Shown: positions 1-13,015, counted from the first letter of the stretch. The stretch is DNA of 64,000 bases from Escherichia coli (GCF_016026235.1 NZ_CP065613.1), one strand, 5' to 3'. Translations and numbers: made by a program. The notes: generated from the letters alone by a model not told the origin.

Positions 1-2480
1 TCGACGGGCAAACGGCGATCCTCGAAGATTATTTCGCGGTGAAACCGGAAAACAAAGACCGCGTGAAGAAACAGGTAGAAGCCGGCAAGTTGATTATCGG
101 CCCCTGGTATACCCAGACCGATACCACGATTGTTTCTGCGGAATCCATCGTCCGTAATCTGATGTACGGAATGCGTGACTGCCTCGCGTTTGGCGAGCCG
201 ATGAAAATAGGTTATTTACCAGATTCCTTTGGCATGTCCGGGCAACTGCCGCATATCTACAATGGATTTGGCATTACCCGCACCATGTTCTGGCGCGGAT
301 GTTCGGAGCGCCACGGTACTGATAAAACCGAGTTTTTGTGGCAAAGCAGTGACGGTAGCGAAGTGACGGCGCAGGTGCTGCCGCTGGGCTACGCCATCGG
401 TAAGTACTTACCTGCCGACGAAAACGGATTACGTAAACGCCTCGACAGTTATTTTGACGTGCTGGAAAAAGCGTCTGTAACCAAAGAGATTTTGCTGCCG
501 AATGGTCATGACCAGATGCCATTGCAGCAAAATATCTTCGAAGTGATGGATAAGCTACGTGAGATCTACCCTCAACGTAAGTTTGTGATGAGCCGCTTTG
601 AAGAGGTATTTGAGAAGATCGAAGCGCAGCGTGAAAGTCTGGCCACCCTGAAAGGTGAATTTATCGATGGCAAATATATGCGCGTACATCGCACCATCGG
701 TTCCACGCGCATGGATATCAAAATTGCCCACGCACGTATTGAAAATAAGATTGTTAATCTGCTGGAACCGCTGGCAACGCTGGCCTGGACGTTGGGTTTT
801 GAATACCACCACGGCTTGCTGGAGAAAATGTGGAAAGAGATCTTAAAAAATCATGCCCACGACAGTATCGGTTGTTGTTGCAGTGACAAAGTTCATCGCG
901 AAATTGTCGCCCGCTTCGAACTGGCTGAAGACATGGCGGATAATCTGCTGCGTTTCTACATGCGCAAAATTGCCGATAACATGCCACAGAGTGATGCCGA
1001 CAAACTCGTGCTGTTTAACCTGATGCCCTGGCCGCGGGAAGAAGTTATTAACACCACTGTGCGGCTGCGCGCCAGCCAGTTTAATCTACGAGACGATCGC
1101 GGTCAGCCTGTACCGTATTTTATTCGCCATGCCCGTGAGATCGATCCAGGCCTAATCGATCGGCAAATAGTTCATTACGGTAATTACGATCCCTTTATGG
1201 AGTTTGATATACAGATCAACCAGATTGTCCCTTCTATGGGCTATCGCACGCTTTATATCGAAGCGAATCAGCCTGGCAACGTGATTGCGGCAAAAAGTGA
1301 CGCTGAAGGGATACTGGAAAATGCTTTCTGGCAAATTGCGCTCAATGAGGATGGTTCTCTGCAACTGGTAGATAAAGACAGCGGTGTGCGCTATGACCGG
1401 GTATTGCAAATTGAAGAAAGCTCTGATGATGGTGATGAATATGACTATTCACCCGCAAAAGAAGAGTGGGTAATTACCGCAGCGAACGCGAAACCGCAAT
1501 GCGATATTATTCATGAAGCCTGGCAGAGCAGGGCTGTTATCCGCTATGACATGGCAGTGCCGCTCAATTTGTCAGAACGCAGCGCCCGGCAATCCACTGG
1601 CAGAGTAGGGGTGGTGTTGATTGTCACTCTTAGTCATAACAGCAGGCGTATTGATGTGGATATCAACCTTGATAACCAGGCTGACGATCATCGCCTTCGT
1701 GTCCTGGTCCCTACACCTTTTAACACCGACAGTGTTCTGGCAGATACGCAGTTTGGTTCGCTAACGCGCCCCGTGAACGACAGTGCAATAAACAACTGGC
1801 AGCAAGAAGGCTGGAAAGAAGCGCCGGTTCCGGTATGGAATATGCTCAACTATGTTGCCTTACAGGAAGGGCGTAACGGCATGGCTGTCTTTAGCGAAGG
1901 GTTACGTGAATTTGAAGTCATCGGTGAAGAGAAGAAAACCTTTGCCATTACGTTGCTGCGTGGCGTGGGCTTACTGGGCAAAGAAGATCTGCTTTTAAGG
2001 CCTGGGAGGCCTTCGGGAATTAAAATGCCAGTCCCGGACTCACAACTACGTGGTCTGCTTTTTTGTCGCCTAAGTTTATTGAGTTATACCGGTACGCCAA
2101 CCGCCGCTGGTGTAGCTCAGCAGGCGCGAGCATGGCTGACTCCAGTACAGTGTTACAACAAAATCCCATGGGATGCGATGAAGCTCAACAAAGCCGGATT
2201 CAACGTGCCGGAAAGTTATAGTTTGTTGAAAATGCCCCCAGTGGGATGCCTGATAAGCGCACTTAAGAAAGCTGAAGACCGACAAGAAGTGATTTTACGG
2301 CTGTTTAATCCGGCTGAATCAGCAACCTGTGATGCGACTGTTGCTTTCAGTCGCGAGGTGATTTCTTGCTCAGAAACGATGATGGATGAACACATTACCA
2401 CCGAGGAAAATCAAGGTTCAAATCTATCGGGGCCTTTTTTACCCGGCCAGTCACGGACGTTCAGTTACCGGCTTGCCTGA
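1..2480 (+). CDS. mngB: alpha-mannosidase (GH38), 5'-truncated at window edge; reading frame open from position 3
   Basis: 813-aa ORF with GH38 alpha-mannosidase-like sequence; no in-frame stop upstream to window start; lies directly upstream of cydAB as in E. coli. Confidence 0.8.
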   Translation, partial: DGQTAILEDYFAVKPENKDRVKKQVEAGKLIIGPWYTQTDTTIVSAESIVRNLMYGMRDCLAFGEPMKIGYLPDSFGMSGQLPHIYNGFGITRTMFWRGCSERHGTDKTEFLWQSSDGSEVTAQVLPLGYAIGKYLPADENGLRKRLDSYFDVLEKASVTKEILLPNGHDQMPLQQNIFEVMDKLREIYPQRKFVMSRFEEVFEKIEAQRESLATLKGEFIDGKYMRVHRTIGSTRMDIKIAHARIENKIVNLLEPLATLAWTLGFEYHHGLLEKMWKEILKNHAHDSIGCCCSDKVHREIVARFELAEDMADNLLRFYMRKIADNMPQSDADKLVLFNLMPWPREEVINTTVRLRASQFNLRDDRGQPVPYFIRHAREIDPGLIDRQIVHYGNYDPFMEFDIQINQIVPSMGYRTLYIEANQPGNVIAAKSDAEGILENAFWQIALNEDGSLQLVDKDSGVRYDRVLQIEESSDDGDEYDYSPAKEEWVITAANAKPQCDIIHEAWQSRAVIRYDMAVPLNLSERSARQSTGRVGVVLIVTLSHNSRRIDVDINLDNQADDHRLRVLVPTPFNTDSVLADTQFGSLTRPVNDSAINNWQQEGWKEAPVPVWNMLNYVALQEGRNGMAVFSEGLREFEVIGEEKKTFAITLLRGVGLLGKEDLLLRPGRPSGIKMPVPDSQLRGLLFCRLSLLSYTGTPTAAGVAQQARAWLTPVQCYNKIPWDAMKLNKAGFNVPESYSLLKMPPVGCLISALKKAEDRQEVILRLFNPAESATCDATVAFSREVISCSETMMDEHITTEENQGSNLSGPFLPGQSRTFSYRLA

Positions 2481-2978
2481 ATAGCAATCAAACCGAAGCC
2501 ACATATGCGCGGCCAGATTGTTGACAAAGGGCGCTTTGTTCATGCCGGATACGGCATGAACGCTTTATTCGGTCTACAAAAGCAGGCAAATTCAATATAT
2601 TGCAGAGATGATGTAGACACTGGCAAGCGTAGTGCATCAGGTAATTTTGCGTTTATCTTCACTCTCAAGCCACGTATATGTGGCTTTATTTTTAACAAAA
2701 TAATAACCCTGGGTGAGTTAATTATAATATAATTATAAGTTAATTAAATGTTAATATTGGCGGGGTGGATTTATGCCTTTATTAGTAATCCTGAAACTCT
2801 GCGTCGTATTAGCCAGTGACCAAAAAAAGAATTAAGGTCAACCGTGCTGTTTTTGCTTCGTCTCTTTTTATCTTTAATTGCCAACCGAAACTAATTTCAG
2901 CCTTATAACTCACACATTTTAAACATAAATGTCACTAAAGTTACCTTATTGAAACATGATTAACATAATTTGTAGGAA

Positions 2979-2992
2979 TTGATATTTATCAA
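2979..2992. promoter_or_regulatory. FNR-type palindrome TTGAT-N4-ATCAA in the cydA upstream region
   Basis: ttgatatttatcaa about 330 bp upstream of cydA; cydAB is known to be FNR/ArcA controlled; AT-rich 840-bp leader. Confidence 0.45.
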
Positions 2993-3326
2993 TGTATAAG
3001 TCTTGGAAATGGGCATCAAAAAGAGATAAATTGTTCTCGATCAAATTAGCTGAAAGGCGGTAATTTAGCTATAAATTGATCACCGTCGAAAAATGCAAAT
3101 TTGCTTCAACAAAAACCTGTTTATTGTAAGGATTTTGCGGCGTAATATATACGTGGGATCAATTTGAGTTTTTATTAACATGTTTGCAACCTTTCTTTAC
3201 GCCGTTTTTGTGTGCATTCACATGGTATGATGAAAGTGTTCAAACAAATTTCTATTGGGGCATGCGTGTGACCCTTTCTAACGGGGTTCACTCTCGGAGT
3301 CTTCATGCGATGAGCAAGGAGTCATG

Positions 3327-4895
3327 ATGTTAGATATAGTCGAACTGTCGCGCTTACAGTTTGCCTTGACCGCGATGTACCACTTCCTTTTTGTGCCACT
3401 GACGCTCGGTATGGCGTTCCTGCTGGCCATTATGGAAACGGTCTACGTCCTCTCCGGCAAACAGATTTATAAAGATATGACCAAGTTCTGGGGCAAGTTG
3501 TTTGGTATCAACTTCGCTCTGGGTGTGGCTACCGGTCTGACCATGGAGTTCCAGTTCGGGACTAACTGGTCTTACTATTCCCACTATGTAGGGGATATCT
3601 TCGGTGCGCCGCTGGCAATCGAAGGTCTGATGGCCTTCTTCCTCGAATCCACCTTTGTAGGTCTGTTCTTCTTCGGTTGGGATCGTCTGGGTAAAGTTCA
3701 GCATATGTGTGTCACCTGGCTGGTGGCGCTCGGTTCAAACCTGTCCGCACTGTGGATTCTGGTTGCGAACGGCTGGATGCAAAACCCAATCGCGTCCGAT
3801 TTCAACTTTGAAACTATGCGTATGGAGATGGTGAGCTTCTCCGAGCTGGTGCTTAACCCGGTTGCTCAGGTGAAATTCGTTCACACTGTAGCGTCTGGTT
3901 ATGTGACTGGCGCGATGTTCATCCTCGGTATCAGCGCATGGTATATGCTGAAAGGTCGTGACTTCGCCTTCGCTAAACGCTCCTTTGCTATCGCTGCCAG
4001 CTTCGGTATGGCTGCTGTTCTGTCTGTTATTGTTCTGGGTGATGAATCCGGCTACGAAATGGGCGACGTGCAGAAAACCAAACTGGCTGCTATTGAAGCC
4101 GAGTGGGAAACGCAACCTGCGCCTGCTGCCTTTACTCTGTTCGGCATTCCTGATCAGGAAGAGGAGACGAACAAATTTGCGATTCAGATCCCTTACGCAC
4201 TGGGCATCATTGCAACGCGTTCCGTGGATACCCCGGTTATCGGCCTGAAAGAGCTGATGGTGCAGCATGAAGAACGCATTCGTAACGGGATGAAGGCGTA
4301 CTCTCTGCTCGAACAACTGCGTTCTGGTTCTACCGACCAGGCGGTTCGTGACCAGTTCAATAGCATGAAGAAAGACCTCGGTTACGGTCTGCTGCTGAAA
4401 CGCTATACGCCAAACGTGGCTGATGCGACTGAAGCGCAGATTCAACAGGCAACCAAAGACTCCATCCCGCGTGTAGCGCCGCTGTACTTTGCGTTCCGTA
4501 TCATGGTGGCGTGTGGCTTCCTGCTTCTGGCAATCATCGCGCTCTCTTTCTGGAGTGTCATCCGCAACCGCATTGGCGAGAAAAAATGGCTTCTGCGCGC
4601 CGCGCTGTACGGTATTCCGCTGCCGTGGATTGCTGTAGAAGCGGGCTGGTTCGTGGCTGAATATGGCCGCCAACCGTGGGCTATCGGTGAAGTGCTGCCG
4701 ACAGCTGTGGCGAACTCGTCACTGACCGCAGGCGATCTCATCTTCTCAATGGTGCTGATTTGCGGCCTGTATACTCTGTTCCTGGTGGCAGAATTGTTCT
4801 TAATGTTCAAGTTTGCACGCCTCGGCCCAAGCAGCCTGAAAACCGGTCGCTATCACTTTGAGCAGTCTTCCACGACTACTCAGCCGGCACGCTAA
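3327..4895 (+). CDS. cydA: cytochrome bd-I ubiquinol oxidase subunit I
   Basis: 522-aa translation [29 protein letters not shown]... recognised as CydA; ORF-track start 3324 is one codon upstream of the likely start. Confidence 0.97.
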
Positions 4896-4910
4896 GACAG
4901 GAGTCGTCAA

Positions 4911-6050
4911 ATGATCGATTATGAAGTATTGCGTTTTATCTGGTGGCTGCTGGTTGGCGTTCTGCTGATTGGTTTTGCAGTCACTGACGGTTTCGACATG
5001 GGGGTGGGCATGCTCACCCGTTTCCTCGGTCGTAACGACACCGAGCGTCGAATTATGATTAACTCCATTGCACCACACTGGGACGGTAACCAGGTTTGGC
5101 TGATCACCGCGGGCGGCGCACTCTTTGCTGCCTGGCCGATGGTCTATGCCGCTGCGTTCTCCGGCTTCTATGTGGCGATGATCCTCGTGCTGGCGTCTTT
5201 GTTCTTCCGTCCGGTCGGTTTTGACTACCGCTCCAAGATTGAAGAAACCCGCTGGCGTAACATGTGGGACTGGGGCATCTTCATTGGTAGCTTCGTTCCG
5301 CCGCTGGTAATTGGTGTAGCGTTCGGTAACCTGTTGCAGGGCGTACCGTTCAACGTTGATGAATATCTGCGTCTGTACTACACCGGTAACTTCTTCCAGT
5401 TGCTCAACCCGTTCGGCCTGCTGGCAGGCGTGGTGAGCGTAGGGATGATCATTACTCAGGGCGCAACCTATCTGCAAATGCGTACCGTGGGCGAACTGCA
5501 CCTGCGTACCCGTGCAACGGCTCAGGTGGCTGCGCTGGTGACACTGGTCTGTTTCGCACTGGCTGGCGTATGGGTGATGTACGGTATCGATGGTTATGTC
5601 GTGAAATCGACAATGGACCATTACGCAGCCTCTAACCCACTGAATAAAGAAGTGGTTCGTGAAGCTGGCGCATGGCTGGTTAACTTCAACAACACGCCAA
5701 TTCTGTGGGCTATTCCGGCACTGGGTGTGGTTCTGCCGCTGCTGACCATCCTGACTGCACGTATGGATAAAGCCGCGTGGGCGTTTGTGTTCTCCTCCCT
5801 GACGCTGGCCTGCATCATCCTGACAGCCGGTATCGCAATGTTCCCGTTTGTGATGCCGTCCAGCACCATGATGAACGCAAGTCTGACAATGTGGGATGCA
5901 ACTTCCAGCCAGCTGACGCTTAACGTCATGACCTGGGTTGCGGTGGTTCTGGTACCGATCATTCTGCTCTACACCGCCTGGTGTTACTGGAAAATGTTCG
6001 GTCGTATCACCAAAGAAGATATTGAACGTAACACCCACTCTCTGTACTAA
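4911..6050 (+). CDS. cydB: cytochrome bd-I ubiquinol oxidase subunit II
   Basis: 379-aa translation MIDYEVLRFIWWLLVGVLLIGFAVTDGFDMGVGML... recognised as CydB. Confidence 0.97.
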   Translation: MIDYEVLRFIWWLLVGVLLIGFAVTDGFDMGVGMLTRFLGRNDTERRIMINSIAPHWDGNQVWLITAGGALFAAWPMVYAAAFSGFYVAMILVLASLFFRPVGFDYRSKIEETRWRNMWDWGIFIGSFVPPLVIGVAFGNLLQGVPFNVDEYLRLYYTGNFFQLLNPFGLLAGVVSVGMIITQGATYLQMRTVGELHLRTRATAQVAALVTLVCFALAGVWVMYGIDGYVVKSTMDHYAASNPLNKEVVREAGAWLVNFNNTPILWAIPALGVVLPLLTILTARMDKAAWAFVFSSLTLACIILTAGIAMFPFVMPSSTMMNASLTMWDATSSQLTLNVMTWVAVVLVPIILLYTAWCYWKMFGRITKEDIERNTHSLY

Positions 6051-6064
6051 GTAAGGAGCTAAAA

Positions 6065-6178
6065 ATGTGGTATTTCGCATGGATTCTGGGAACGCTTCTT
6101 GCCTGTTCGTTTGGGGTAATCACCGCGCTGGCGCTTGAACACGTCGAATCAGGCAAAGCCGGTCAAGAAGACATCTGA
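6065..6178 (+). CDS. cydX: cytochrome bd-I small subunit CydX (37 aa), below ORF-track size cutoff
   Basis: ATG 6 nt after AAGGAG; translation MWYFAWILGTLLACSFGVITALALEHVESGKAGQEDI; single TM helix; position right after cydB. Confidence 0.85.
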   Translation: MWYFAWILGTLLACSFGVITALALEHVESGKAGQEDI

Positions 6179-6471
6179 TGAGTAAGATTATCGCGACCTT
6201 GTATGCGGTAATGGACAAGCGCCCCCTGCGGGCGCTTTCCTTCGTGATGGCGCTTCTGTTAGCAGGATGTATGTTTTGGGACCCATCTCGTTTTGCCGCG
6301 AAGACCAGTGAACTGGAAATCTGGCATGGTTTATTGCTGATGTGGGCCGTCTGTGCTGGTGTGATTCACGGCGTGGGCTTTCGTCCGCAGAAGGTTCTTT
6401 GGCAAGGGATTTTTTGCCCATTGCTTGCCGATATTGTTCTCATTGTCGGGCTGATTTTCTTCTTCTTTTAA
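6178..6471 (+). CDS. ybgE: small inner-membrane protein YbgE (cyd operon)
   Basis: 97-aa hydrophobic ORF overlapping the cydX stop; conserved synteny cydABX-ybgE. Confidence 0.85.
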   Translation: MSKIIATLYAVMDKRPLRALSFVMALLLAGCMFWDPSRFAAKTSELEIWHGLLLMWAVCAGVIHGVGFRPQKVLWQGIFCPLLADIVLIVGLIFFFF

Positions 6472-6492
6472 ATCAGAATTCTCTTTAAAAAA

Positions 6493-6524
6493 TTATGGGC
6501 CGCTCCAGGCCCATAAATTTTTAC
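6493..6524 (+). terminator. rho-independent terminator after the cyd operon
   Basis: hairpin atgggcc-gctcca-ggcccat followed by aaatttttac. Confidence 0.5.
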
Positions 6525-6620
6525 GCTCCCTTAACTTGCCCTCATTCCCAAACCTCAATCGCGCGCGTATAGTAGCAGCGTTTAAAAGCTCTAACTTTTG
6601 TTGCATTACCGGGATGTAAA

Positions 6621-7714
<1,094 letters not shown>

Positions 7715-7717
7715 GCC

Positions 7718-8146
7718 ATGGCCAGAGCGCGTGGACGAGGTCGTCGCGATCTCAAGTCCGAAATCAACATTGTACCGTTGCTGGACGTACTGCTGGTGCT
7801 GTTGCTGATCTTTATGGCGACAGCGCCCATCATCACCCAGAGCGTGGAGGTCGATCTGCCAGACGCTACTGAATCACAGGCGGTGAGCAGTAACGATAAT
7901 CCGCCAGTGATTGTTGAAGTGTCTGGTATTGGTCAGTACACCGTGGTGGTTGAGAAAGATCGCCTGGAGCGTTTACCACCAGAGCAGGTGGTGGCGGAAG
8001 TGTCCAGCCGTTTCAAGGCCAACCCGAAAACGGTCTTTCTGATCGGTGGCGCAAAAGATGTGCCTTACGATGAAATAATTAAAGCACTGAACTTGTTACA
8101 TAGTGCGGGTGTGAAATCGGTTGGTTTAATGACGCAGCCTATCTAA
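7718..8146 (+). CDS. tolR: Tol-Pal system protein TolR
   Basis: 142 aa; ExbD/TolR family; immediately after tolQ. Confidence 0.95.
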   Translation: MARARGRGRRDLKSEINIVPLLDVLLVLLLIFMATAPIITQSVEVDLPDATESQAVSSNDNPPVIVEVSGIGQYTVVVEKDRLERLPPEQVVAEVSSRFKANPKTVFLIGGAKDVPYDEIIKALNLLHSAGVKSVGLMTQPI

Positions 8147-8210
8147 ACATCTGCGTTTCCCTTGCTTGAAAGAGAGCGGGTAACAGGCGAACAGTTTTTG
8201 GAAACCGAGA

Positions 8211-9476
8211 GTGTCAAAGGCAACCGAACAAAACGACAAGCTCAAGCGGGCGATAATTATTTCAGCAGTGCTGCATGTCATCTTATTTGCGGCGCTGATC
8301 TGGAGTTCGTTCGATGAGAATATAGAAGCTTCAGCCGGAGGCGGCGGTGGTTCGTCCATCGACGCTGTTATGGTTGATTCAGGTGCGGTAGTTGAGCAGT
8401 ACAAACGCATGCAAAGCCAGGAATCAAGTGCGAAGCGTTCTGATGAACAGCGCAAGATGAAGGAACAGCAGGCTGCTGAAGAACTGCGTGAGAAACAAGC
8501 GGCTGAACAGGAACGCCTGAAGCAACTTGAGAAAGAGCGGTTAGCTGCTCAGGAACAGAAAAAGCAGGCTGAAGAAGCCGCAAAACAGGCCGAGTTAAAG
8601 CAGAAGCAAGCGGAAGAGGCGGCAGCGAAAGCGGCGGCAGATGCTAAAGCGAAGGCCGAAGCGGATGCTAAAGCTGCGGAAGATGCAGCGAAGAAAGCGG
8701 CTGCAGATGCGAAGAAAAAAGCAGAAGCAGAAGCCGCCAAAGCCGCAGCCGAAGCGCAGAAAAAAGCCGAGGCAGCCGCTGCGGCGCTGAAGAAGAAAGC
8801 GGAAGCGGCAGAAGCAGCTGCAGCTGAAGCAAGAAAGAAAGCGGCAACTGAAGCTGCTGAAAAAGCCAAGGCAGAAGCTGAGAAGAAAGCGGCTGCTGAA
8901 AAGGCTGCAGCTGATAAGAAAGCGGCAGCAGAGAAAGCTGCAGCCGACAAAAAAGCAGCAGAAAAAGCGGCTGCTGAAAAGGCAGCAGCTGATAAGAAAG
9001 CAGCGGCAGAAAAAGCCGCCGCAGACAAAAAAGCGGCAGCGGCAAAAGCTGCAGCTGAAAAAGCCGCTGCAGCAAAAGCGGCCGCAGAGGCAGATGATAT
9101 TTTCGGTGAGCTAAGCTCTGGTAAGAATGCACCGAAAACGGGGGGAGGGGCGAAAGGGAACAATGCTTCGCCTGCCGGGAGTGGTAATACTAAAAACAAT
9201 GGCGCATCAGGGGCCGATATCAATAACTATGCCGGGCAGATTAAATCTGCTATCGAAAGTAAGTTCTATGACGCATCGTCCTATGCAGGCAAAACCTGTA
9301 CGCTGCGCATAAAACTGGCACCCGATGGTATGTTACTGGATATCAAACCTGAAGGTGGCGATCCCGCACTTTGTCAGGCTGCGTTGGCAGCAGCTAAACT
9401 TGCGAAGATCCCGAAACCACCAAGCCAGGCAGTATATGAAGTGTTCAAAAACGCGCCATTGGACTTCAAACCGTAA
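8211..9476 (+). CDS. tolA: Tol-Pal system protein TolA (GTG start)
   Basis: 421 aa; N-terminal TM segment, long Ala/Lys/Glu-rich helical domain (AAEKAAADKKAA repeats), C-terminal globular domain. Confidence 0.95.
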   Translation: MSKATEQNDKLKRAIIISAVLHVILFAALIWSSFDENIEASAGGGGGSSIDAVMVDSGAVVEQYKRMQSQESSAKRSDEQRKMKEQQAAEELREKQAAEQERLKQLEKERLAAQEQKKQAEEAAKQAELKQKQAEEAAAKAAADAKAKAEADAKAAEDAAKKAAADAKKKAEAEAAKAAAEAQKKAEAAAAALKKKAEAAEAAAAEARKKAATEAAEKAKAEAEKKAAAEKAAADKKAAAEKAAADKKAAEKAAAEKAAADKKAAAEKAAADKKAAAAKAAAEKAAAAKAAAEADDIFGELSSGKNAPKTGGGAKGNNASPAGSGNTKNNGASGADINNYAGQIKSAIESKFYDASSYAGKTCTLRIKLAPDGMLLDIKPEGGDPALCQAALAAAKLAKIPKPPSQAVYEVFKNAPLDFKP

Positions 9477-9608
9477 TCGCGATGTTGACTGTTCGGACGG
9501 TCAACATCAGGCACCGGTTGCCACGGGGTTCTGGTAGTTTTGTGTATTTTAGTTTGTTAACATTCTGCTAAATTATCGTGGGCCATCGGTCCAGATAAGG
9601 GAGATATG

Positions 9609-10901
9609 ATGAAGCAGGCATTACGAGTAGCATTTGGTTTTCTCATACTGTGGGCATCAGTTCTGCATGCTGAAGTCCGCATTGTGATCGACAGCGGTGT
9701 AGATTCCGGTCGTCCTATTGGTGTTGTTCCTTTCCAGTGGGCGGGGCCTGGTGCGGCACCTGAAGATATTGGCGGCATCGTTGCTGCTGACTTGCGTAAC
9801 AGCGGTAAATTTAATCCGTTAGATCGCGCTCGTCTGCCACAGCAGCCGGGTAGTGCGCAGGAAGTACAACCAGCTGCATGGTCCGCACTGGGCATTGACG
9901 CTGTAGTTGTCGGTCAGGTCACTCCGAATCCGGATGGTTCTTACAATGTTGCTTATCAACTTGTTGACACTGGCGGCGCACCGGGTACTGTACTTGCTCA
10001 GAACTCGTACAAAGTGAACAAGCAGTGGCTGCGTTATGCTGGTCATACCGCCAGTGATGAAGTGTTTGAAAAACTGACCGGCATTAAAGGTGCGTTCCGT
10101 ACCCGTATTGCCTACGTTGTTCAGACCAACGGCGGTCAGTTCCCGTATGAACTGCGCGTATCTGACTATGACGGTTACAACCAGTTTGTCGTTCACCGTT
10201 CACCGCAGCCGCTGATGTCTCCGGCGTGGTCACCAGACGGTTCTAAACTGGCTTATGTGACCTTCGAAAGCGGTCGTTCCGCGCTGGTTATTCAGACGCT
10301 GGCAAATGGCGCTGTACGTCAGGTGGCTTCATTCCCGCGTCACAACGGTGCACCTGCATTCTCGCCAGACGGCAGCAAACTGGCATTCGCCTTGTCGAAA
10401 ACCGGTAGTCTGAACCTGTACGTAATGGATTTGGCTTCTGGTCAGATCCGCCAGGTGACTGATGGTCGCAGTAACAATACCGAACCGACCTGGTTCCCGG
10501 ATAGCCAGAACCTGGCATTTACTTCTGACCAGGCCGGTCGTCCGCAGGTTTATAAAGTGAATATCAACGGCGGTGCGCCACAACGTATTACCTGGGAAGG
10601 TTCGCAGAACCAGGATGCGGATGTCAGCAGCGACGGTAAATTTATGGTAATGGTCAGCTCCAATGGTGGGCAGCAGCACATTGCCAAACAAGATCTGGCA
10701 ACGGGAGGCGTACAAGTTCTGTCGTCCACGTTCCTGGATGAAACGCCAAGTCTGGCACCTAACGGCACTATGGTAATCTACAGCTCTTCTCAGGGGATGG
10801 GATCCGTGCTGAATTTGGTTTCTACAGATGGGCGTTTCAAAGCGCGTCTTCCGGCAACTGATGGACAGGTCAAATTCCCTGCCTGGTCGCCGTATCTGTG
10901 A
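9609..10901 (+). CDS. tolB: Tol-Pal periplasmic beta-propeller protein TolB
   Basis: [21 protein letters not shown] signal peptide, 430 aa; ORF-track start is one codon upstream. Confidence 0.95.
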   Translation: MKQALRVAFGFLILWASVLHAEVRIVIDSGVDSGRPIGVVPFQWAGPGAAPEDIGGIVAADLRNSGKFNPLDRARLPQQPGSAQEVQPAAWSALGIDAVVVGQVTPNPDGSYNVAYQLVDTGGAPGTVLAQNSYKVNKQWLRYAGHTASDEVFEKLTGIKGAFRTRIAYVVQTNGGQFPYELRVSDYDGYNQFVVHRSPQPLMSPAWSPDGSKLAYVTFESGRSALVIQTLANGAVRQVASFPRHNGAPAFSPDGSKLAFALSKTGSLNLYVMDLASGQIRQVTDGRSNNTEPTWFPDSQNLAFTSDQAGRPQVYKVNINGGAPQRITWEGSQNQDADVSSDGKFMVMVSSNGGQQHIAKQDLATGGVQVLSSTFLDETPSLAPNGTMVIYSSSQGMGSVLNLVSTDGRFKARLPATDGQVKFPAWSPYL

Positions 10902-10911
10902 TAATAATTAA

Positions 10912-11457
<546 letters not shown>

Positions 11458-11466
11458 GAGAATTGC

Positions 11467-12258
11467 ATGAGCAGTAACTTCAGACATCAACTATTGAGTC
11501 TGTCGTTACTGGTTGGTATAGCGGCCCCCTGGGCCGCTTTTGCTCAGGCACCAATCAGTAGTGTCGGCTCAGGCTCGGTCGAAGACCGCGTCACTCAACT
11601 TGAGCGTATTTCTAATGCTCACAGCCAGCTTTTAACCCAACTCCAGCAACAACTTTCTGATAATCAATCCGATATTGATTCCCTGCGTGGTCAGATTCAG
11701 GAAAATCAGTATCAACTGAATCAGGTCGTGGAGCGGCAAAAGCAGATCCTGTTGCAGATCGACAGCCTCAGCAGCGGTGGTGCAGCGGCGCAATCAACCA
11801 GCAGCGATCAAAGCGGTGCGGCGGCATCAACGACGCCGACAGCTGATGCTGGTACTGCGAATGCTGGCGCGCCGGTGAAAAGCGGTGATGCAAACACGGA
11901 TTACAATGCAGCTATTGCGCTGGTGCAGGATAAATCCCGCCAGGATGACGCAATGGTGGCATTTCAGAATTTCATCAAAAATTACCCTGATTCAACTTAC
12001 CTGCCAAACGCCAATTATTGGCTGGGTCAGTTAAACTACAACAAGGGTAAAAAAGATGATGCGGCGTACTATTTTGCTTCGGTAGTGAAAAACTATCCGA
12101 AGTCACCAAAGGCTGCTGATGCGATGTTTAAAGTCGGCGTCATCATGCAGGACAAAGGTGACACCGCAAAAGCGAAAGCCGTATACCAGCAGGTTATCAG
12201 TAAATACCCTGGTACTGATGGCGCTAAACAGGCACAAAAACGTCTGAACGCGATGTAA
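11467..12258 (+). CDS. cpoB: cell division coordinator CpoB (YbgF), TPR protein
   Basis: 263 aa with signal peptide, coiled-coil region and TPR-like C-terminus; last gene of the tol-pal cluster. Confidence 0.9.
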   Translation: MSSNFRHQLLSLSLLVGIAAPWAAFAQAPISSVGSGSVEDRVTQLERISNAHSQLLTQLQQQLSDNQSDIDSLRGQIQENQYQLNQVVERQKQILLQIDSLSSGGAAAQSTSSDQSGAAASTTPTADAGTANAGAPVKSGDANTDYNAAIALVQDKSRQDDAMVAFQNFIKNYPDSTYLPNANYWLGQLNYNKGKKDDAAYYFASVVKNYPKSPKAADAMFKVGVIMQDKGDTAKAKAVYQQVISKYPGTDGAKQAQKRLNAM

Positions 12259-12266
12259 TGCATAAC

Positions 12267-12300
12267 ACACGACCAGAAGTCGCATTATTTCTGGTCGTGT
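12267..12300 (+). other. stem-loop downstream of cpoB (possible terminator/attenuator, no clear U-tract)
   Basis: cacgaccagaa-gtcgcatta-ttctggtcgtg inverted repeat. Confidence 0.35.
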
Positions 12301-12422
12301 CGTGCGAATCATAAGCAGTTGAGTGATCTGCATCGAAATTTTTGTTGCGCTCAAGTCTGAAATCAGTAATATATGCCGCCGTTGCCACGGGATATCAAAC
12401 AAACCGAAAGCAACGAAAAAGT

Positions 12423-12498
12423 GGGTCGTTAGCTCAGTTGGTAGAGCAGTTGACTTTTAATCAATTGGTCGCAGGTTCGAATCCTGCACGACCCACCA
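12423..12498 (+). tRNA. lysT: tRNA-Lys (anticodon UUU)
   Basis: GGGTCGTTAGCTCAGTTGGTAGAGCAGTTGACTTTTAATCAATTGGTCGCAGGTTCGAATCCTGCACGACCCACCA; cloverleaf and CCA end. Confidence 0.97.
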
Positions 12499-12525
12499 AT
12501 CGCTAAGGTGGAAGCGGTAGTAAAA

Positions 12526-12598
12526 CGTGAAGGATAACGTTGCATCAGCAACGGCCCGAAGGGCGAGACGAAGTCGAGTCATCCTGCACGACCCACCA
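12526..12598 (+). repeat. spacer repeat copy 1 ending in a duplicated tRNA-Lys 3'-end fragment (..gtcatcctgcacgacccacca)
   Basis: about 72 nt, near-identical to copies at 12815-12885 and 13119-13189; last ~19 nt match the T-arm/acceptor 3' end of tRNA-Lys. Confidence 0.8.
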
Positions 12599-12633
12599 CT
12601 AACATAGTTAGTTGTAGTATCCAGCGTAGTATT

Positions 12634-12709
12634 GGGTGATTAGCTCAGCTGGGAGAGCACCTCCCTTACAAGGAGGGGGTCGGCGGTTCGATCCCGTCAT
12701 CACCCACCA
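12634..12709 (+). tRNA. valT: tRNA-Val (anticodon UAC)
   Basis: GGGTGATTAGCTCAGCTGGGAGAGCACCTCCCTTACAAGGAGGGGGTCGGCGGTTCGATCCCGTCATCACCCACCA. Confidence 0.97.
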
Positions 12710-12711
12710 CC

Positions 12712-12787
12712 GGGTCGTTAGCTCAGTTGGTAGAGCAGTTGACTTTTAATCAATTGGTCGCAGGTTCGAATCCTGCACGACCCACCA
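12712..12787 (+). tRNA. lysW: tRNA-Lys (anticodon UUU)
   Basis: identical to lysT copy. Confidence 0.97.
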
Positions 12788-12814
12788 GTTTTAGCATCGA
12801 AGACAGATGTTAAG

Positions 12815-12885
12815 CGTGTAGGATAACGTTGCGTCAGCAACGGCCCGTAGGGCGAGCGAAGCGAGTCATCCTGCACGACCCACCA
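12815..12885 (+). repeat. spacer repeat copy 2 with tRNA-Lys 3'-end fragment
   Basis: cgtgtaggataacgttgcgtcagcaacggcccgtagggcgagcgaagcgagtcatcctgcacgacccacca. Confidence 0.8.
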
Positions 12886-12936
12886 CTAATTACGGTGGGT
12901 TCGGTGGAAGTAGTTTGTAGTATCCAGCGCAGTATC

Positions 12937-13012
12937 GGGTGATTAGCTCAGCTGGGAGAGCACCTCCCTTACAAGGAGGGGGTCGGCGGTTCGATCCCGT
13001 CATCACCCACCA
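12937..13012 (+). tRNA. valZ: tRNA-Val (anticodon UAC)
   Basis: identical to valT copy. Confidence 0.97.
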
Positions 13013-13015
13013 CTC

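Noticed and set aside
39-2480. ORF-track start at position 39 for the first gene
   Set aside because: The frame is open back to the window edge and the protein is an internal part of a GH38 mannosidase; the gene is 5'-truncated, not starting at 39.
2505-2732. 75-aa ORF in the mngB-cydA intergenic region
   Set aside because: AT-rich regulatory leader of cydAB; no RBS and it ends in an AT-rich tract.
4800-6080. 426-aa minus-strand ORF antisense to cydB, and 312-aa ORF antisense to cydA (3735-4673)
   Set aside because: They fully overlap well-recognised cydAB genes on the other strand; translations are His/Gln/Arg-rich with no recognisable domains.
8549-9223. Long minus-strand ORFs (224 aa and 154 aa) inside tolA
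   Set aside because: They are antisense translations of the Ala/Lys/Glu-rich tolA repeat region (poly-Ala/Leu/Phe products), a low-complexity artefact with no RBS.
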